A DNA stretch of 64,000 bases from an uncultured delta proteobacterium (GCA_963735595.1 CAVTLK010000005.1:672001-736000), one strand, 5' to 3'; shown: positions 1 to 10,156, numbered from the stretch's first letter. Made by a program: numbers and translations. Notes: generated by a model from the letters alone, not told the origin.

Positions 1-729
1 CTGGGCGGTATTTCGCCCTCGCAGGGCGACTATTTTCAGTCGACCCGCGGCGGCGGCCACGGGGACTACCGGACGATGGTTTTGGCGCCCAACTCCGTCC
101 AGGAGCTCTACGACCTGACAATAGCGGCCTTTGACCTTGCCGATATCTACCGCAATCCGGTCGTGATCCTGGGCGACTCGATCCTGGGCCAGATAAAGGA
201 GCCGATGGTGCGGCACAAGGCCGTCGCCCCCCCGCTCGCCAAACCCTGGGCACTGACGGGAGCGGCAGGCCGCCCGCCCCAGTTGCTCAAGTCCCTCTAC
301 CTGGCGGAAGGGGAGCTGACCATCCATAACTGGAAGCTCAAGGAAAAGTACGATTCGATGGCAAAGGATGCCCAGTACGATACGTATCTCGTCGACGATG
401 CCCGGCTTATCGTCTCGGCATACGGTTCGGTTTCCCGGATCGTGCGCACCTCGATTGACCGGGTCAGGGAGAAGGGGATGAAGGTGGGGCTGCTGCGCCC
501 GATCACGCTGTTCCCGTTTCCCCACGCGCCGCTGTTGGAGCTCTCGCGCCGCGTCAAGGAGTTCTTCGTGGTGGAGCTCAACACCGGCCAGATGGTGGAG
601 GACGTCAGGCTCTCGGTCGCGGGGGATGCGCGGGTCGATTTCTTCGGCAATCCGCCCGGGTCGATCCCGTCTCCGGCCCAGTTGGAGGAGCTCATCGAAG
701 AGCGGTACAAACGCATCGGGACCCCATAG
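1..729 (+). CDS. vorB: 2-oxoacid:ferredoxin oxidoreductase alpha-type subunit (VorB-like), 5' end outside window
   Basis: Frame is open from base 1: LGGISPSQGDYFQSTRGGGHGDYR...LAPNSVQE, with a C-terminal VVELNTGQMVEDV motif typical of 2-ketoisovalerate oxidoreductase VorB. Confidence 0.8.
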   Translation: MGGISPSQGDYFQSTRGGGHGDYRTMVLAPNSVQELYDLTIAAFDLADIYRNPVVILGDSILGQIKEPMVRHKAVAPPLAKPWALTGAAGRPPQLLKSLYLAEGELTIHNWKLKEKYDSMAKDAQYDTYLVDDARLIVSAYGSVSRIVRTSIDRVREKGMKVGLLRPITLFPFPHAPLLELSRRVKEFFVVELNTGQMVEDVRLSVAGDARVDFFGNPPGSIPSPAQLEELIEERYKRIGTP

Positions 730-743
730 GCGTCTGATACGAT

Positions 744-769
744 AAAAACCCGGCACTGCCGGGTTTTTT
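744..769 (+). terminator. Intrinsic (possibly bidirectional) terminator
   Basis: AAAAACCCGGCA-C-TGCCGGGTTTTT inverted repeat with a T-run, just after the vorB stop. Confidence 0.75.
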
Positions 770-889
770 AATGCCAAATTTAAGGCCAATAATGCAATCG
801 GTGGGCCCGGTTTCCTCATTCTGTTGACTAATCAGTTTTCCCGATTTACAATAGTACCATTGTGCTATTTCCGATAATGGAGCATAGCT

Positions 890-2767
890 ATGCCGACGAT
901 TCAGGCGCTCAAGAAGAAACATCCCGAGAAGTTTGTTTCCGAGGACGAGATATTCGGGAACATTCACCGTGGTGACCGGATATTTATCAGCACGGGATGC
1001 GGGGAGCCGCAGTATTTGGTGGGTGCGTTGATCAAGTTTGTTGAGTCGCACCCGAAGGCGGTGTTCGACTCGGAGGTATTCCAGGTTTGGACGCTGGGGG
1101 TGGCGCCGTACACGGACGACAAGTTCAAGTCTAATTTTCGGCACAACTCGTTTTTCATTGGGAACGACACGCGCGGTGCGATCAACCGCGGTGCTGCTGA
1201 CTACACGCCGATATTTTTATCGCAGGTTCCGGGGCTGTTGGACCGCCGGATGATCCCGGTGGACGTGGCGCTGGTGCAGGTATCGGTGCCTGACGAGCAC
1301 GGGTACGTGAGCCTGGGAGTGAGCGTGGACATCGTGAAGTCTGCGGTGGCCAACGCGACGACGGTGATAGCGCAGGTGAACTCGCGGATGCCGCGGGTGC
1401 ACGGGGACGGGTTTGTGCACATTGATGCGATCGACTACATCATTGTTCACGACGAGGAGCTGCTGGTCTACGAGGACACGACGCCCGACGAGATAGCGCA
1501 TGCGATTGGGCGGTACGTGGCGCGGATTGTGCGTGACGGGGATACGATCCAGGTGGGATACGGGAGCCTGCCGAACGCGATCATTGCCAATTTGGAGAAC
1601 AAGGAGCACCTTGGGGTGCACACGGAGTTATTTTCCGACGGGATTGCACAGCTGATGCAAAAGGGAGTGATCGACAATTCGAAGAAGACGATCAACCGCG
1701 GCAAGACGGTGACGACGTTTTGCATGGGCAGGCGCGAGACGTACGATTTTATCAACGACAATCCCTCGATAGAGTTTCGGACGGTAGACTACACGAATGA
1801 TCCGCTGGTGATAGCGCAGCACCGGAACATGGTGGCGATCAACAGCGCCCTGGCGGTGGATTTGACGGGTCAGGCGACGGCGGAATCGATCGGGACGACG
1901 TTTTACAGCGGTATCGGGGGCCAGGCGGACTTCATGCGGGGCGCGATTTTATCTCCCGGCGGCCGGACGATTTTAGCATTGGCCTCGACGGCGGAGGGGG
2001 GCAAGGTATCGCGGATCGTGCCGTTTTTGCGCGAGGGTGAGGGGGTGACGCTGAACCGCGGCGACATACACTACGTGGTGACGGAGTGGGGGATCGCGTA
2101 CCTGCACGGCAAGAACATCCGCGAGCGGGCGATGGAGCTTATAGCGGTGGCGCACCCTGATTTTCGACAGAAGCTCATCGAGGATGCGCGGCGTTTGTCG
2201 TTGATCTACAAGGACCAGGCGTTCATCCCCGGCAAGGAGGGCCAGTACCCCGAGCACATGGAGATCTACCGGACCACGGCCGCGGGGCTCACGATATTCC
2301 TGAGGCCCGTCAAGATCAGCGACGAGCCGCTCCTGAAGGACTTCTTCTACGACCTCTCGGACAAGACCATTTACCGGCGCTTCTTTACGATGCGCCCCGA
2401 TATGCCGCACGAGCGCCTGCAAAGCTACGTCATTATCGACTATACCAAGGAGATCGTTATCCTCGCGTCGATCATGGAGGAGGAAAAGGAGGTCATCGTC
2501 GGCATGGGGCAGTACATCATCGAGGAGACGTCGCTCTCCGCGGAGGTGGCCTTCATCGTCAAAGACGAGTACCAGAACCGCGGCATCGGCACCGAGATCC
2601 TTACCTACCTCACGTATCTGGCCAAGCGGCACGGGCTGACAAGCTTCACGGCCGAAGTCCTCGTGGAAAATAAGCCCATGATCCACGTGTTTGAGAAGAC
2701 GGGATTTGATATCGAAAAGCGGGGGAGCGAAGGGGTCTACGAGATGAAGCTCAACTTCGTGGATTAG
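890..2767 (+). CDS. Acetyl-CoA hydrolase/CoA-transferase fused to C-terminal GNAT domain (copy 1)
   Basis: Family I CoA-transferase motifs (GDTIQVGYG, LGVHTE with catalytic Glu, YSGIGGQADF, VVTEWGIA) followed by a GNAT domain (EVAFIVKDEYQNRGIG, AEVLVENKPM). Confidence 0.9.
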   Translation: MPTIQALKKKHPEKFVSEDEIFGNIHRGDRIFISTGCGEPQYLVGALIKFVESHPKAVFDSEVFQVWTLGVAPYTDDKFKSNFRHNSFFIGNDTRGAINRGAADYTPIFLSQVPGLLDRRMIPVDVALVQVSVPDEHGYVSLGVSVDIVKSAVANATTVIAQVNSRMPRVHGDGFVHIDAIDYIIVHDEELLVYEDTTPDEIAHAIGRYVARIVRDGDTIQVGYGSLPNAIIANLENKEHLGVHTELFSDGIAQLMQKGVIDNSKKTINRGKTVTTFCMGRRETYDFINDNPSIEFRTVDYTNDPLVIAQHRNMVAINSALAVDLTGQATAESIGTTFYSGIGGQADFMRGAILSPGGRTILALASTAEGGKVSRIVPFLREGEGVTLNRGDIHYVVTEWGIAYLHGKNIRERAMELIAVAHPDFRQKLIEDARRLSLIYKDQAFIPGKEGQYPEHMEIYRTTAAGLTIFLRPVKISDEPLLKDFFYDLSDKTIYRRFFTMRPDMPHERLQSYVIIDYTKEIVILASIMEEEKEVIVGMGQYIIEETSLSAEVAFIVKDEYQNRGIGTEILTYLTYLAKRHGLTSFTAEVLVENKPMIHVFEKTGFDIEKRGSEGVYEMKLNFVD

Positions 2768-4150
2768 GGGCGATATGGAAGCCGGCGTGCGACATACGAT
2801 CGACCAGCTAAGATCGCGCAACCCCGAGAAGTTTGTTTCCGAGGACGAGGTATTCGGGAACATTCACCGGGGTGACCGGATATTCATCAGCACGGGATGC
2901 GGGGAGCCGCAGTATCTGGTGGGTGCGTTGATCAAGTTTGTTGAGTCGCACCCGAAGGCGGTGTTCGACTCGGAGGTATTCCAGGTCTGGACGCTTGGGG
3001 TGGCGCCGTACACGGACGACAAGTTCAAGTCTAATTTTCGGCACAACTCGTTTTTCATTGGGAACGACACGCGCGGTGCGATCAACCGCGGTGCTGCTGA
3101 CTACACGCCGATATTTTTATCGCAGGTTCCGGGGCTGTTGGACCGCCGGATGATCCCGGTGGACGTGGCGCTGGTGCAGGTATCGGTGCCTGACGAGCAC
3201 GGGTACGTGAGCCTGGGAGTGAGCGTGGACATCGTGAAGTCTGCGGTGGCCAACGCGACGACGGTGATAGCGCAGGTGAACTCGCGGATGCCGCGGGTGC
3301 ACGGGGACGGGTTTGTGCACATTGATGCGATCGACTACATCATTGTTCACGACGAGGAGCTGCTGGTCTACGAGGACACGACGCCCGACGAGATAGCGCA
3401 TGCGATTGGGCGGTACGTGGCGCGGATTGTGCGTGACGGGGATACGATCCAGGTGGGATACGGGAGCCTGCCGAACGCGATCATTGCCAATTTGGAGAAC
3501 AAGGAGCACCTTGGGGTGCACACGGAGTTATTTTCCGACGGGATTGCACAGCTGATGCAAAAGGGAGTGATCGACAATTCGAAGAAGACGATCAACCGCG
3601 GCAAGACGGTGACGACGTTTTGCATGGGCAGGCGCGAGACGTACGATTTTATCAACGACAATCCCTCGATAGAGTTTCGGACGGTAGACTACACGAATGA
3701 TCCGCTGGTGATAGCGCAGCACCGGAACATGGTGGCGATCAACAGCGCCCTGGCGGTGGATTTGACGGGTCAGGCGACGGCGGAATCGATCGGGACGACG
3801 TTTTACAGCGGTATCGGGGGCCAGGCGGACTTCATGCGGGGCGCGATTTTATCTCCCGGCGGCCGGACGATTTTAGCATTGGCCTCGACGGCGGAGGGGG
3901 GCAAGGTATCGCGGATCGTGCCGTTTTTGCGCGAGGGTGAGGGGGTGACGCTGAACCGCGGCGACATACACTACGTGGTGACGGAGTGGGGGATCGCGTA
4001 CCTGCACGGCAAGAACATCCGCGAGCGGGCGATGGAGCTTATAGCGGTGGCGCACCCTGATTTTCGACAGAAGCTCATCGAGGATGCGCGGCGTTTGTCG
4101 TTGATCTACAAGGACCAGGCGTTTATCCCCGGCAAGGAGGGCCAGTATCC
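921..4150 (+). repeat. Direct repeat of about 1.33 kb (about 921-2250 and 2821-4150, offset 1900)
   Basis: By eye the two copies are identical over about 1097-2223/2997-4123, with a few mismatches at the edges. The ORF track shows identical antisense ORFs at offset 1900. Confidence 0.9.
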
Positions 4151-4664
4151 CGAACACCTGGAGGCCTACCGGACGACCGAAGGGGGCCTGGACCTGTTCC
4201 TCCGCCCGGTCAAGATCAGTGACGAGCCGCTCCTGAAGGACTTCTTCTACGACCTCTCGGACACGAGCATCTACCGGCGCTTCTTTATCTACCTTATCTC
4301 CATGCCCCATGAGAAGCTTCAGAAGTTCGTGGTAATCGACCACACGCGGGAGGCGGTAATCATGGCCACCGTCCAGCAGGAGGGGAGGGAGGTCATCGTG
4401 GGGATGGGGCAGTATGTCATCGACCGGCTCTCGCTGACCGCGGAGGTGGCGTTCCTGGTGAGGGATTCATACCAGAACCGGGGGATCGGCACCGAGCTCC
4501 TCAAGTACCTGATGTATCTGGCCCAGAAACAGGGGCTCCTTGGCTTTACCGCCGAGGTGCTCCCGGAAAATACGCCGATGCTGCACGTCTTCGAGGAAAA
4601 CGGCTTTGAACTCACGAGGAAAAGTCTCGGCGGCGTCATGATCCTCAAGCATAATTTCTCGTAG
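2775..4664 (+). CDS. Acetyl-CoA hydrolase/CoA-transferase-GNAT fusion (copy 2)
   Basis: Same architecture as copy 1. The transferase part is nearly identical; the GNAT part has diverged. Confidence 0.9.
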   Translation: MEAGVRHTIDQLRSRNPEKFVSEDEVFGNIHRGDRIFISTGCGEPQYLVGALIKFVESHPKAVFDSEVFQVWTLGVAPYTDDKFKSNFRHNSFFIGNDTRGAINRGAADYTPIFLSQVPGLLDRRMIPVDVALVQVSVPDEHGYVSLGVSVDIVKSAVANATTVIAQVNSRMPRVHGDGFVHIDAIDYIIVHDEELLVYEDTTPDEIAHAIGRYVARIVRDGDTIQVGYGSLPNAIIANLENKEHLGVHTELFSDGIAQLMQKGVIDNSKKTINRGKTVTTFCMGRRETYDFINDNPSIEFRTVDYTNDPLVIAQHRNMVAINSALAVDLTGQATAESIGTTFYSGIGGQADFMRGAILSPGGRTILALASTAEGGKVSRIVPFLREGEGVTLNRGDIHYVVTEWGIAYLHGKNIRERAMELIAVAHPDFRQKLIEDARRLSLIYKDQAFIPGKEGQYPEHLEAYRTTEGGLDLFLRPVKISDEPLLKDFFYDLSDTSIYRRFFIYLISMPHEKLQKFVVIDHTREAVIMATVQQEGREVIVGMGQYVIDRLSLTAEVAFLVRDSYQNRGIGTELLKYLMYLAQKQGLLGFTAEVLPENTPMLHVFEENGFELTRKSLGGVMILKHNFS

Positions 4665-4766
4665 GCCGCGTGGCCGCGGCACGGGCAGGTGCCGAAAGAC
4701 GCTTCCGTAAGAGTCCGGTAACCTTCTTCATCATCGCGTGTGCCCACCTCGATTCCGGGAGACGTG

Positions 4767-6635
4767 ATGGCCGTAAAAACCATAAAGAAGCTCTACGCCG
4801 AAAAGACCCGTCCCCTCGACGAAGTCCTTTCGCTTGTCCGCCGGGGCGACCGGGTGTTCCTCGGCGGCGGCTGCGGCCGCCCGATGTTCCTGGCCGAGTC
4901 GCTGGCGGCCTACGCCCGCGCCAACCCGTCGCCCGTCTCTCCCAATCACGTCTACCATCTCTATTCCTTTGGCGTGGTCCCGAGCGAGGCCGACCCCTTT
5001 GACGACAACTTCAGGAAGAATATTTTCTTTATCGGGCGCGACCAGCGCGACTGCGTGGCCAGGCGCAGCGCCGATTACTCACCCATCTTTCTTTCGCAGG
5101 TGCCGGGGTTTCTGAAAAGCCGGTCGGTTGACCTTGACGCCGCGCTCATCCAGGTCGGCCCGCCGGACGCGTGCGGGTATATGAGCCTGGGCGTCAGCGT
5201 CGATATCACGAAGGCCGCCGTGAAAAACGCCCGGATCGTCATCGCCCAGGTGAACCGCCGGATGCCCCGGGTGCACGGCGACGCGTTCGTCCACCTTGAA
5301 GAGGTCGATGCCGTTATCCGGTACGACGAGGAGCTTCCCGAATACATCGAGAAAGCCCCCGACGAGGTCGCCGATCGGATCGGCTCCTATGTATCCCCGA
5401 TCATCCGCGACGGCGACACGATCCAGGTTGGCTACGGAAGCCTGCCCAATGCGATCCTGGGCCACCTTGGGCAGAAGAAACACCTCGGCATACACACGGA
5501 GCTTCTGACCGACGGGCTGGTAGACCTTATCCGGTGCGGCGCCGTGGACAACTCCGCCAAGGGAGTGGACGAGGGCAGGTCCGTGGTGAGCTTCTGTATG
5601 GGCACGCGGCCGACCTACGACTATATCCACGACAACCCGGGCATAGAGTTTCGGACCTCCGAGTATACCAACAACCCGCTCGTGATCGCGCGGATCAACG
5701 CGATGACGGCCGTGAACACGGCGCTGGCCGTTGACCTCACCGGCCAGGCGACGGCCGAATCCATCGGCTATTCCTTTTACAGCGGGATCGGGGGGCTGGC
5801 CGACTTCATGCGGGGGGCGATCCTGTCGCCCGGGGGAAGGACGATACTGACGCTGCCGTCCACCGCCGAGGAGGGTAAGGTCTCCCGGATCGTCCCGCTG
5901 CTCCCCGACGGGACGGGCGTGACCCTCGGCCGGGGAGACGTGCACTACGTGGTGACCGAATACGGGATCGCGTATCTGGCGGGCAAGAACATCCGGGAGC
6001 GGGCGATGGAGCTTATCGCGGTGGCCCATCCTGATTTTCGCCCGTGGCTCATCAAGGAGGCGCGCCGGCTTAATCTTGTTTATAGCGACCAGGCCTTCAT
6101 AACGGGTAAGGCCGGGGAGTACCCCGAGCACCTGGAACGGTGGCGGACGATGGGGACGGGCATGACGGTACTCTTTCGGCCCGTCAAGATGAGCGACGAG
6201 CCGCTCTTGAAGGATTTTTTCTACGCGCTCTCGCCGGAGTCGCTCTATAAGCGTTTCTTCTCCCGCCGGCAGGACATGCCCCACGAGATCCTCCAGCGGT
6301 TTGCGGTCATCGACTACACGAAAGAGATGATCGTCCTTGCCACGATCATGCAGGACCAAAAGGAGATCGTCATCGGGATGGGGCAGTACAAGATCACCGA
6401 AAAGACGCGGACGGCCGAGGCCGCGATGGTCGTCAGGGACGGGTACCAGGGCAGGGGCATCGGGACGGTGATGGTCGACCAACTGGTGTATCTCGCCCGC
6501 CGGCAGGGCCTGGTGGCGTTTACGGCAGACGTCTTCGAAGACAACTCCCCGATGCTCAGGGTGTTCGAGAAGTCGGGCCTTGACGTTGAGAGGAAATGTG
6601 AATACGGCGTTTACAAGATGCGGGTGAGTTTATAG
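4767..6635 (+). CDS. Acetyl-CoA hydrolase/CoA-transferase-GNAT fusion (copy 3, diverged)
   Basis: Same motifs (LGIHTELL, YSGIGGLADF, YQGRGIG). Start taken at the ATG of MAVKTIK after GGGAGA. Confidence 0.88.
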   Translation: MAVKTIKKLYAEKTRPLDEVLSLVRRGDRVFLGGGCGRPMFLAESLAAYARANPSPVSPNHVYHLYSFGVVPSEADPFDDNFRKNIFFIGRDQRDCVARRSADYSPIFLSQVPGFLKSRSVDLDAALIQVGPPDACGYMSLGVSVDITKAAVKNARIVIAQVNRRMPRVHGDAFVHLEEVDAVIRYDEELPEYIEKAPDEVADRIGSYVSPIIRDGDTIQVGYGSLPNAILGHLGQKKHLGIHTELLTDGLVDLIRCGAVDNSAKGVDEGRSVVSFCMGTRPTYDYIHDNPGIEFRTSEYTNNPLVIARINAMTAVNTALAVDLTGQATAESIGYSFYSGIGGLADFMRGAILSPGGRTILTLPSTAEEGKVSRIVPLLPDGTGVTLGRGDVHYVVTEYGIAYLAGKNIRERAMELIAVAHPDFRPWLIKEARRLNLVYSDQAFITGKAGEYPEHLERWRTMGTGMTVLFRPVKMSDEPLLKDFFYALSPESLYKRFFSRRQDMPHEILQRFAVIDYTKEMIVLATIMQDQKEIVIGMGQYKITEKTRTAEAAMVVRDGYQGRGIGTVMVDQLVYLARRQGLVAFTADVFEDNSPMLRVFEKSGLDVERKCEYGVYKMRVSL

Positions 6636-6754
6636 GGGTGATCTTAAGGGTAGGGCTGTCGGTACTCAGATGCCTGCGAATTACTGTATCCGTTTTCATC
6701 GAGCGCCGTCTAAAGTGATAACGCCCGTTTTTTCCCGTTGCGCCTTAACAACCC

Positions 6755-6781
6755 GTAGGGACACGACTTGTCGTGTCCGTC
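6755..6781 (+). repeat. REP element (GTAG type)
   Basis: GTAG-GGACACGAC-TT-GTCGTGTCC-GTC: a GTAG tetranucleotide followed by a perfect hairpin. Confidence 0.9.
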
Positions 6782-6785
6782 ATCA

Positions 6786-7349
6786 TCACGGTACGTACTC
6801 GGTATCATCCGCCCATTTCAGCGGATTACTTGGGATATAATTCCTAATTTCGTTTAAATCGCGCTCGTTACGGATGACGTGTTCGTAGAATCGTGGCTGC
6901 CATTGGAAATAAGGGAAACCGTGCCGGTTGCACCAGAGCTTAACACCGGCTTTATACTGTTGTATGACGACCGATAGGCTGCCACTGATTGGATGTGAAA
7001 AAGCTGAAGACGGTGCTTCGTTATCCAACGTTCTTTTGGAAGGGACGGACACGACAAGTCGTGTCCCTACGGGTGTTAGCACGACAATGCCGTGAACATG
7101 ATTGGGCATGACAACGAATTCATCTAGGGCAACATTCGTGTAGTGATCCGGTATCTCCCGCCACATTCGTTGTGCGGTGTTTCCAATTTCCGACATGATC
7201 ATCCCGTCTTGATCGATCCGTCCCAGCAGGGGGGCCTTATGCTTCGTGCCTATCGTAATAAAATACCACCCGGCCTGCGAGTAATCGTAGTATTGTAGTC
7301 GCACCGTGCGGCGATTGAGTTTCCCCGATTTATCCGATACGTCCTTCAT
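6786..7349 (-). mobile_element. REP-associated tyrosine (Y1/HUH) transposase, RAYT/IS200-like TnpA
   Basis: Motifs RRTVRL.YYDYSQ.GWYFITI, MPNHVH (HUH), WQPRFYEHVIR and YI..NP.KW. The gene is flanked by REPs. Confidence 0.9.
7044..7070 (-). repeat. REP element inside the transposase ORF (inverted)
   Basis: Exact reverse complement of the 27-nt flanking REP; translated in frame as VGTRLVVSV. Confidence 0.88.
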
Positions 7350-7370
7350 GTCAAGTACGTTTTTTCATCC

Positions 7371-7397
7371 GTAGGGACACGACTTGTCGTGTCCGTC
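7371..7397 (+). repeat. REP element (GTAG type)
   Basis: Identical to 6755-6781. Confidence 0.9.
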
Positions 7398-7603
7398 TTG
7401 TATTTCCTCAATCCTTCGTCCGCCGGAATTTGCGGTTCATGGCGAGGACGAAAGGGGAAACCCAGAGCCCGTGCTTTGCATCATTGAATATACCTGATAG
7501 TCTATTACCATATACATATCGGAATGTAAATCCGATAGCATCCTGATTTATCTCACCGAATAATGTGATACTGGAGAACGCGTTTTCGTGATAAGATTTC
7601 CTC

Positions 7604-9067
7604 ATGAACGATTTGGCTTTCTTCCGCACCCTCTCCACCATCTCCTCCTTTGGGATGATCGCCGATGGTGACCACGTCATCGTCGCGCTGTCGGGCGGGG
7701 CGGATTCGGTGGCGCTGCTGGCGGCGATGGCCGAGATCGCGCCGCGTTATCGGCTCACCCTTTCGGCCGCCCACGTCCACCACGGGCTTCGGGGTGTGGA
7801 AGCCGACCGGGACGCCGCGTTCGCGGAAAGAGTCACGCAGCAGGTCGCGGGGCGCTACGGCCTCGCCATCCCGTTTTATCTCCACAAGGCCGACGTAAAG
7901 AAGGCCGCGAAAGAACAAAAGCTCTCCACCCAGGAGACGGGCCGCCTCGTCCGCGACGTCTATTTCCGCCGTCTTATGGACGAGATCGGTGCAACGAAGA
8001 TCGCCACCGGCCACACCGCCTCCGACAATGCCGAGACCTTACTCATGCGGCTCGTCACGGGGGCCGGGCCCGAGGGGCTTTCGGGCATCCCGCCGGTGCG
8101 CCCGCCCTATATCCGCCCCCTCATCGAGACGACCAGGGCCGAAGTCGAGGCGTTCCTGACGGAGCGGGGTATCCCCTGGATCGTCGATTCCTCAAATCTG
8201 AAGAACGACTACCTGAGAAACCGGATCAGAAACGAGATCATGCCGGCGCTCGCCGCGGTTAATCCCTCCGTACAGGAACGTCTCATCGAGGCTGCTGCGG
8301 CCTGCCGGGACGCGTTTGCCCTTCTTTCGGCCGCCGCCCGCGATTTTGTGTCCCGGTACGCCGAAGACGGCACGATCCGGGTAGCGGAGCTTTCGGCGCT
8401 TGACCCGGCGGTCGCCTCGGAGGCCGTCAAGCTCCTGATCTTCGAGGCGGCCGGGCCGCGTAAAACACCCCTGAGGCTTTCCCGTCCCCATATTGATGCG
8501 GTCCTCCGGCTTGCGGCCGACCCCACCCACGGCACGAGGACGGTGAGACTCCCCGGCGGGCTGGCCGCCCGGCGCGTCTACGACTCACTCGCGATCACAC
8601 GCGCCGCGGCGCTCCCCGGTAGCGATAGCCCGGTCCTGCCCGAAACGCCCCTCGCTATCCCCGGCGTAACCCCTTTACCCTGCGGGGGGCTCGTGGTTAC
8701 GGCGCGTATCATCGAGGCTGTCCCGTCCGTAACCGACCACGATCACCCCGGCGGCACCGACCGGGGGCCGTCCGGCCGAGAGCGGATCACGGCGCTGCTT
8801 GACTATGACCGGATATCCCATCCCCCCGCAGCGCGTGGCCGCAGGCCGGGAGACCGGGTTACGCTGCCGGCAGGCTCCGGCACCAAGAAGCTCTCGGACC
8901 TGCTTATCGATGCAAAGGTGCCGAGGCACGAGCGAGACCTTGTCCCGATCCTCGTGTGCGGCAGCGATATCATGTGGGTCATGGGGTGGGGGGCGGACGG
9001 GAGATTTGCCCCAACGGACAAGACGCGCCGCCTTCTTCGGGTAACGTTTACATCCGCGGACGAATAG
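7604..9067 (+). CDS. tilS: tRNA(Ile)-lysidine synthetase
   Basis: PP-loop SGGADS, HVHHGLRG, ATGHTASDNAET, DSSN...YLRNRIR and C-terminal KKLSDLLIDAKVP. Confidence 0.95.
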   Translation: MNDLAFFRTLSTISSFGMIADGDHVIVALSGGADSVALLAAMAEIAPRYRLTLSAAHVHHGLRGVEADRDAAFAERVTQQVAGRYGLAIPFYLHKADVKKAAKEQKLSTQETGRLVRDVYFRRLMDEIGATKIATGHTASDNAETLLMRLVTGAGPEGLSGIPPVRPPYIRPLIETTRAEVEAFLTERGIPWIVDSSNLKNDYLRNRIRNEIMPALAAVNPSVQERLIEAAAACRDAFALLSAAARDFVSRYAEDGTIRVAELSALDPAVASEAVKLLIFEAAGPRKTPLRLSRPHIDAVLRLAADPTHGTRTVRLPGGLAARRVYDSLAITRAAALPGSDSPVLPETPLAIPGVTPLPCGGLVVTARIIEAVPSVTDHDHPGGTDRGPSGRERITALLDYDRISHPPAARGRRPGDRVTLPAGSGTKKLSDLLIDAKVPRHERDLVPILVCGSDIMWVMGWGADGRFAPTDKTRRLLRVTFTSADE

Positions 9068-9094
9068 AACGGGCCGGGCGGGCAGGCGTCCGGA

Positions 9095-9631
9095 CTACGG
9101 CATTTCCCTTTTGGGGCGCAGCAGAACCACCAGGCTGTTTGTCAGGATGACACACCCGGCCAGCGCCGGCAGCAGCGCATTGATCATCAGGCCGATACGC
9201 GGCTCGTCTGCAATTACCGGCAGCGGCCAGATGATAAGCCAGACGCTCAAAAGGGCCAGGCCGAACCGGTCTCCCCATCTCTTTTCGGCCAGGCCCAGGG
9301 GGACGAGGCATCCCGCCAGAAGCGAGACGCCCCAGATGATCATACCGAGGAGATTGCCCGACTTGAATCGAAACACCGACTCATACGGAATAACACCCAT
9401 CGCCAGCAGGAATACCGAAAGGAGTATCATCCCCGCCAGGTCGCTCTTTGATACGGCAAACAGGCAAAAGAGAAAGATAATCCCCACGATCATGGCGCCG
9501 GGATGCAGCACCCAGGCGACGATCGGATAACGGCCCCCGACGTAGCTGGCCAGCCCGAACAACAACAGCCACCCGCCCAAGAGCAGGTATCCGACCCGAA
9601 CGGTCGTCCGTATCGGCAGTTCATTCTGCAT
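9095..9631 (-). CDS. Hypothetical multi-pass membrane protein with internal repeats
   Basis: Hydrophobic; repeated G(Y/M/L)xLLxxWL segments; similar to the adjacent gene. Confidence 0.65.
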   Translation of the reverse strand: MQNELPIRTTVRVGYLLLGGWLLLFGLASYVGGRYPIVAWVLHPGAMIVGIIFLFCLFAVSKSDLAGMILLSVFLLAMGVIPYESVFRFKSGNLLGMIIWGVSLLAGCLVPLGLAEKRWGDRFGLALLSVWLIIWPLPVIADEPRIGLMINALLPALAGCVILTNSLVVLLRPKREMP

Positions 9632-9682
9632 GGATATCACACCACGCCACTGGTTTTAGCACATAAAGAGACAGCCGGATGC

Positions 9683-10156
9683 CTATCTCCCGATGAGGAG
9701 CAGGATGCCGGAGATGACGGCCAGTATCGCGAGGATGATACCGGAGGCCGGGATCATCAGGCCCAAGAGCGAGATCGCGGCCGACGCGATAAGCCAGACC
9801 GCCAGGAGCACCATCCCGATCCTGGCGGCCGTCTTTCTGCCCTTCATACCCACTAAAAGGAGGATTCCCGCCAGAAGCGCCAGCACGATTGTGATCTCGC
9901 TGGCAAAGGGAAGGCCCATCCCGACAAACGGCATCAGTCCCACGAGGATAAGCCAGATCGCCAGGAAGATCATCCCCAGTCGTTCCGGCCAGTTCATCCT
10001 GCCCAGTTCTATGAGGATAACGACCCCGGTAACGACGGCAAGTATCTGCAGCGCCAGCGTCAGGAGGGAATGCCTTATCCCCAGGAGCTCCAGTGCCCCC
10101 GAGGCGATGAGCCAGATGGCCAGCAGCAGATACCCGAGTTTCAGGTACTTCTTCAT
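9683..10156 (-). CDS. Hypothetical membrane protein made of three tandem helical-hairpin repeats
   Basis: Repeats LGYLLLAIWLI / LGMIFLAIWLI / IGMVLLAVWLI; RBS AGGA upstream. Confidence 0.75.
   Translation of the reverse strand: MKKYLKLGYLLLAIWLIASGALELLGIRHSLLTLALQILAVVTGVVILIELGRMNWPERLGMIFLAIWLILVGLMPFVGMGLPFASEITIVLALLAGILLLVGMKGRKTAARIGMVLLAVWLIASAAISLLGLMIPASGIILAILAVISGILLLIGR

Noticed and set aside
890..4664. Diversity-generating retroelement (template/variable repeat)
   Set aside because: There is no reverse transcriptase, and the differences are not adenine-specific but span an entire domain.
5079..6482. Long antisense ORFs (for example 5079-6482, 40767-41888, 61056-62093)
   Set aside because: These are shadow frames of GC-rich coding genes on the opposite strand, with no recognisable motifs.
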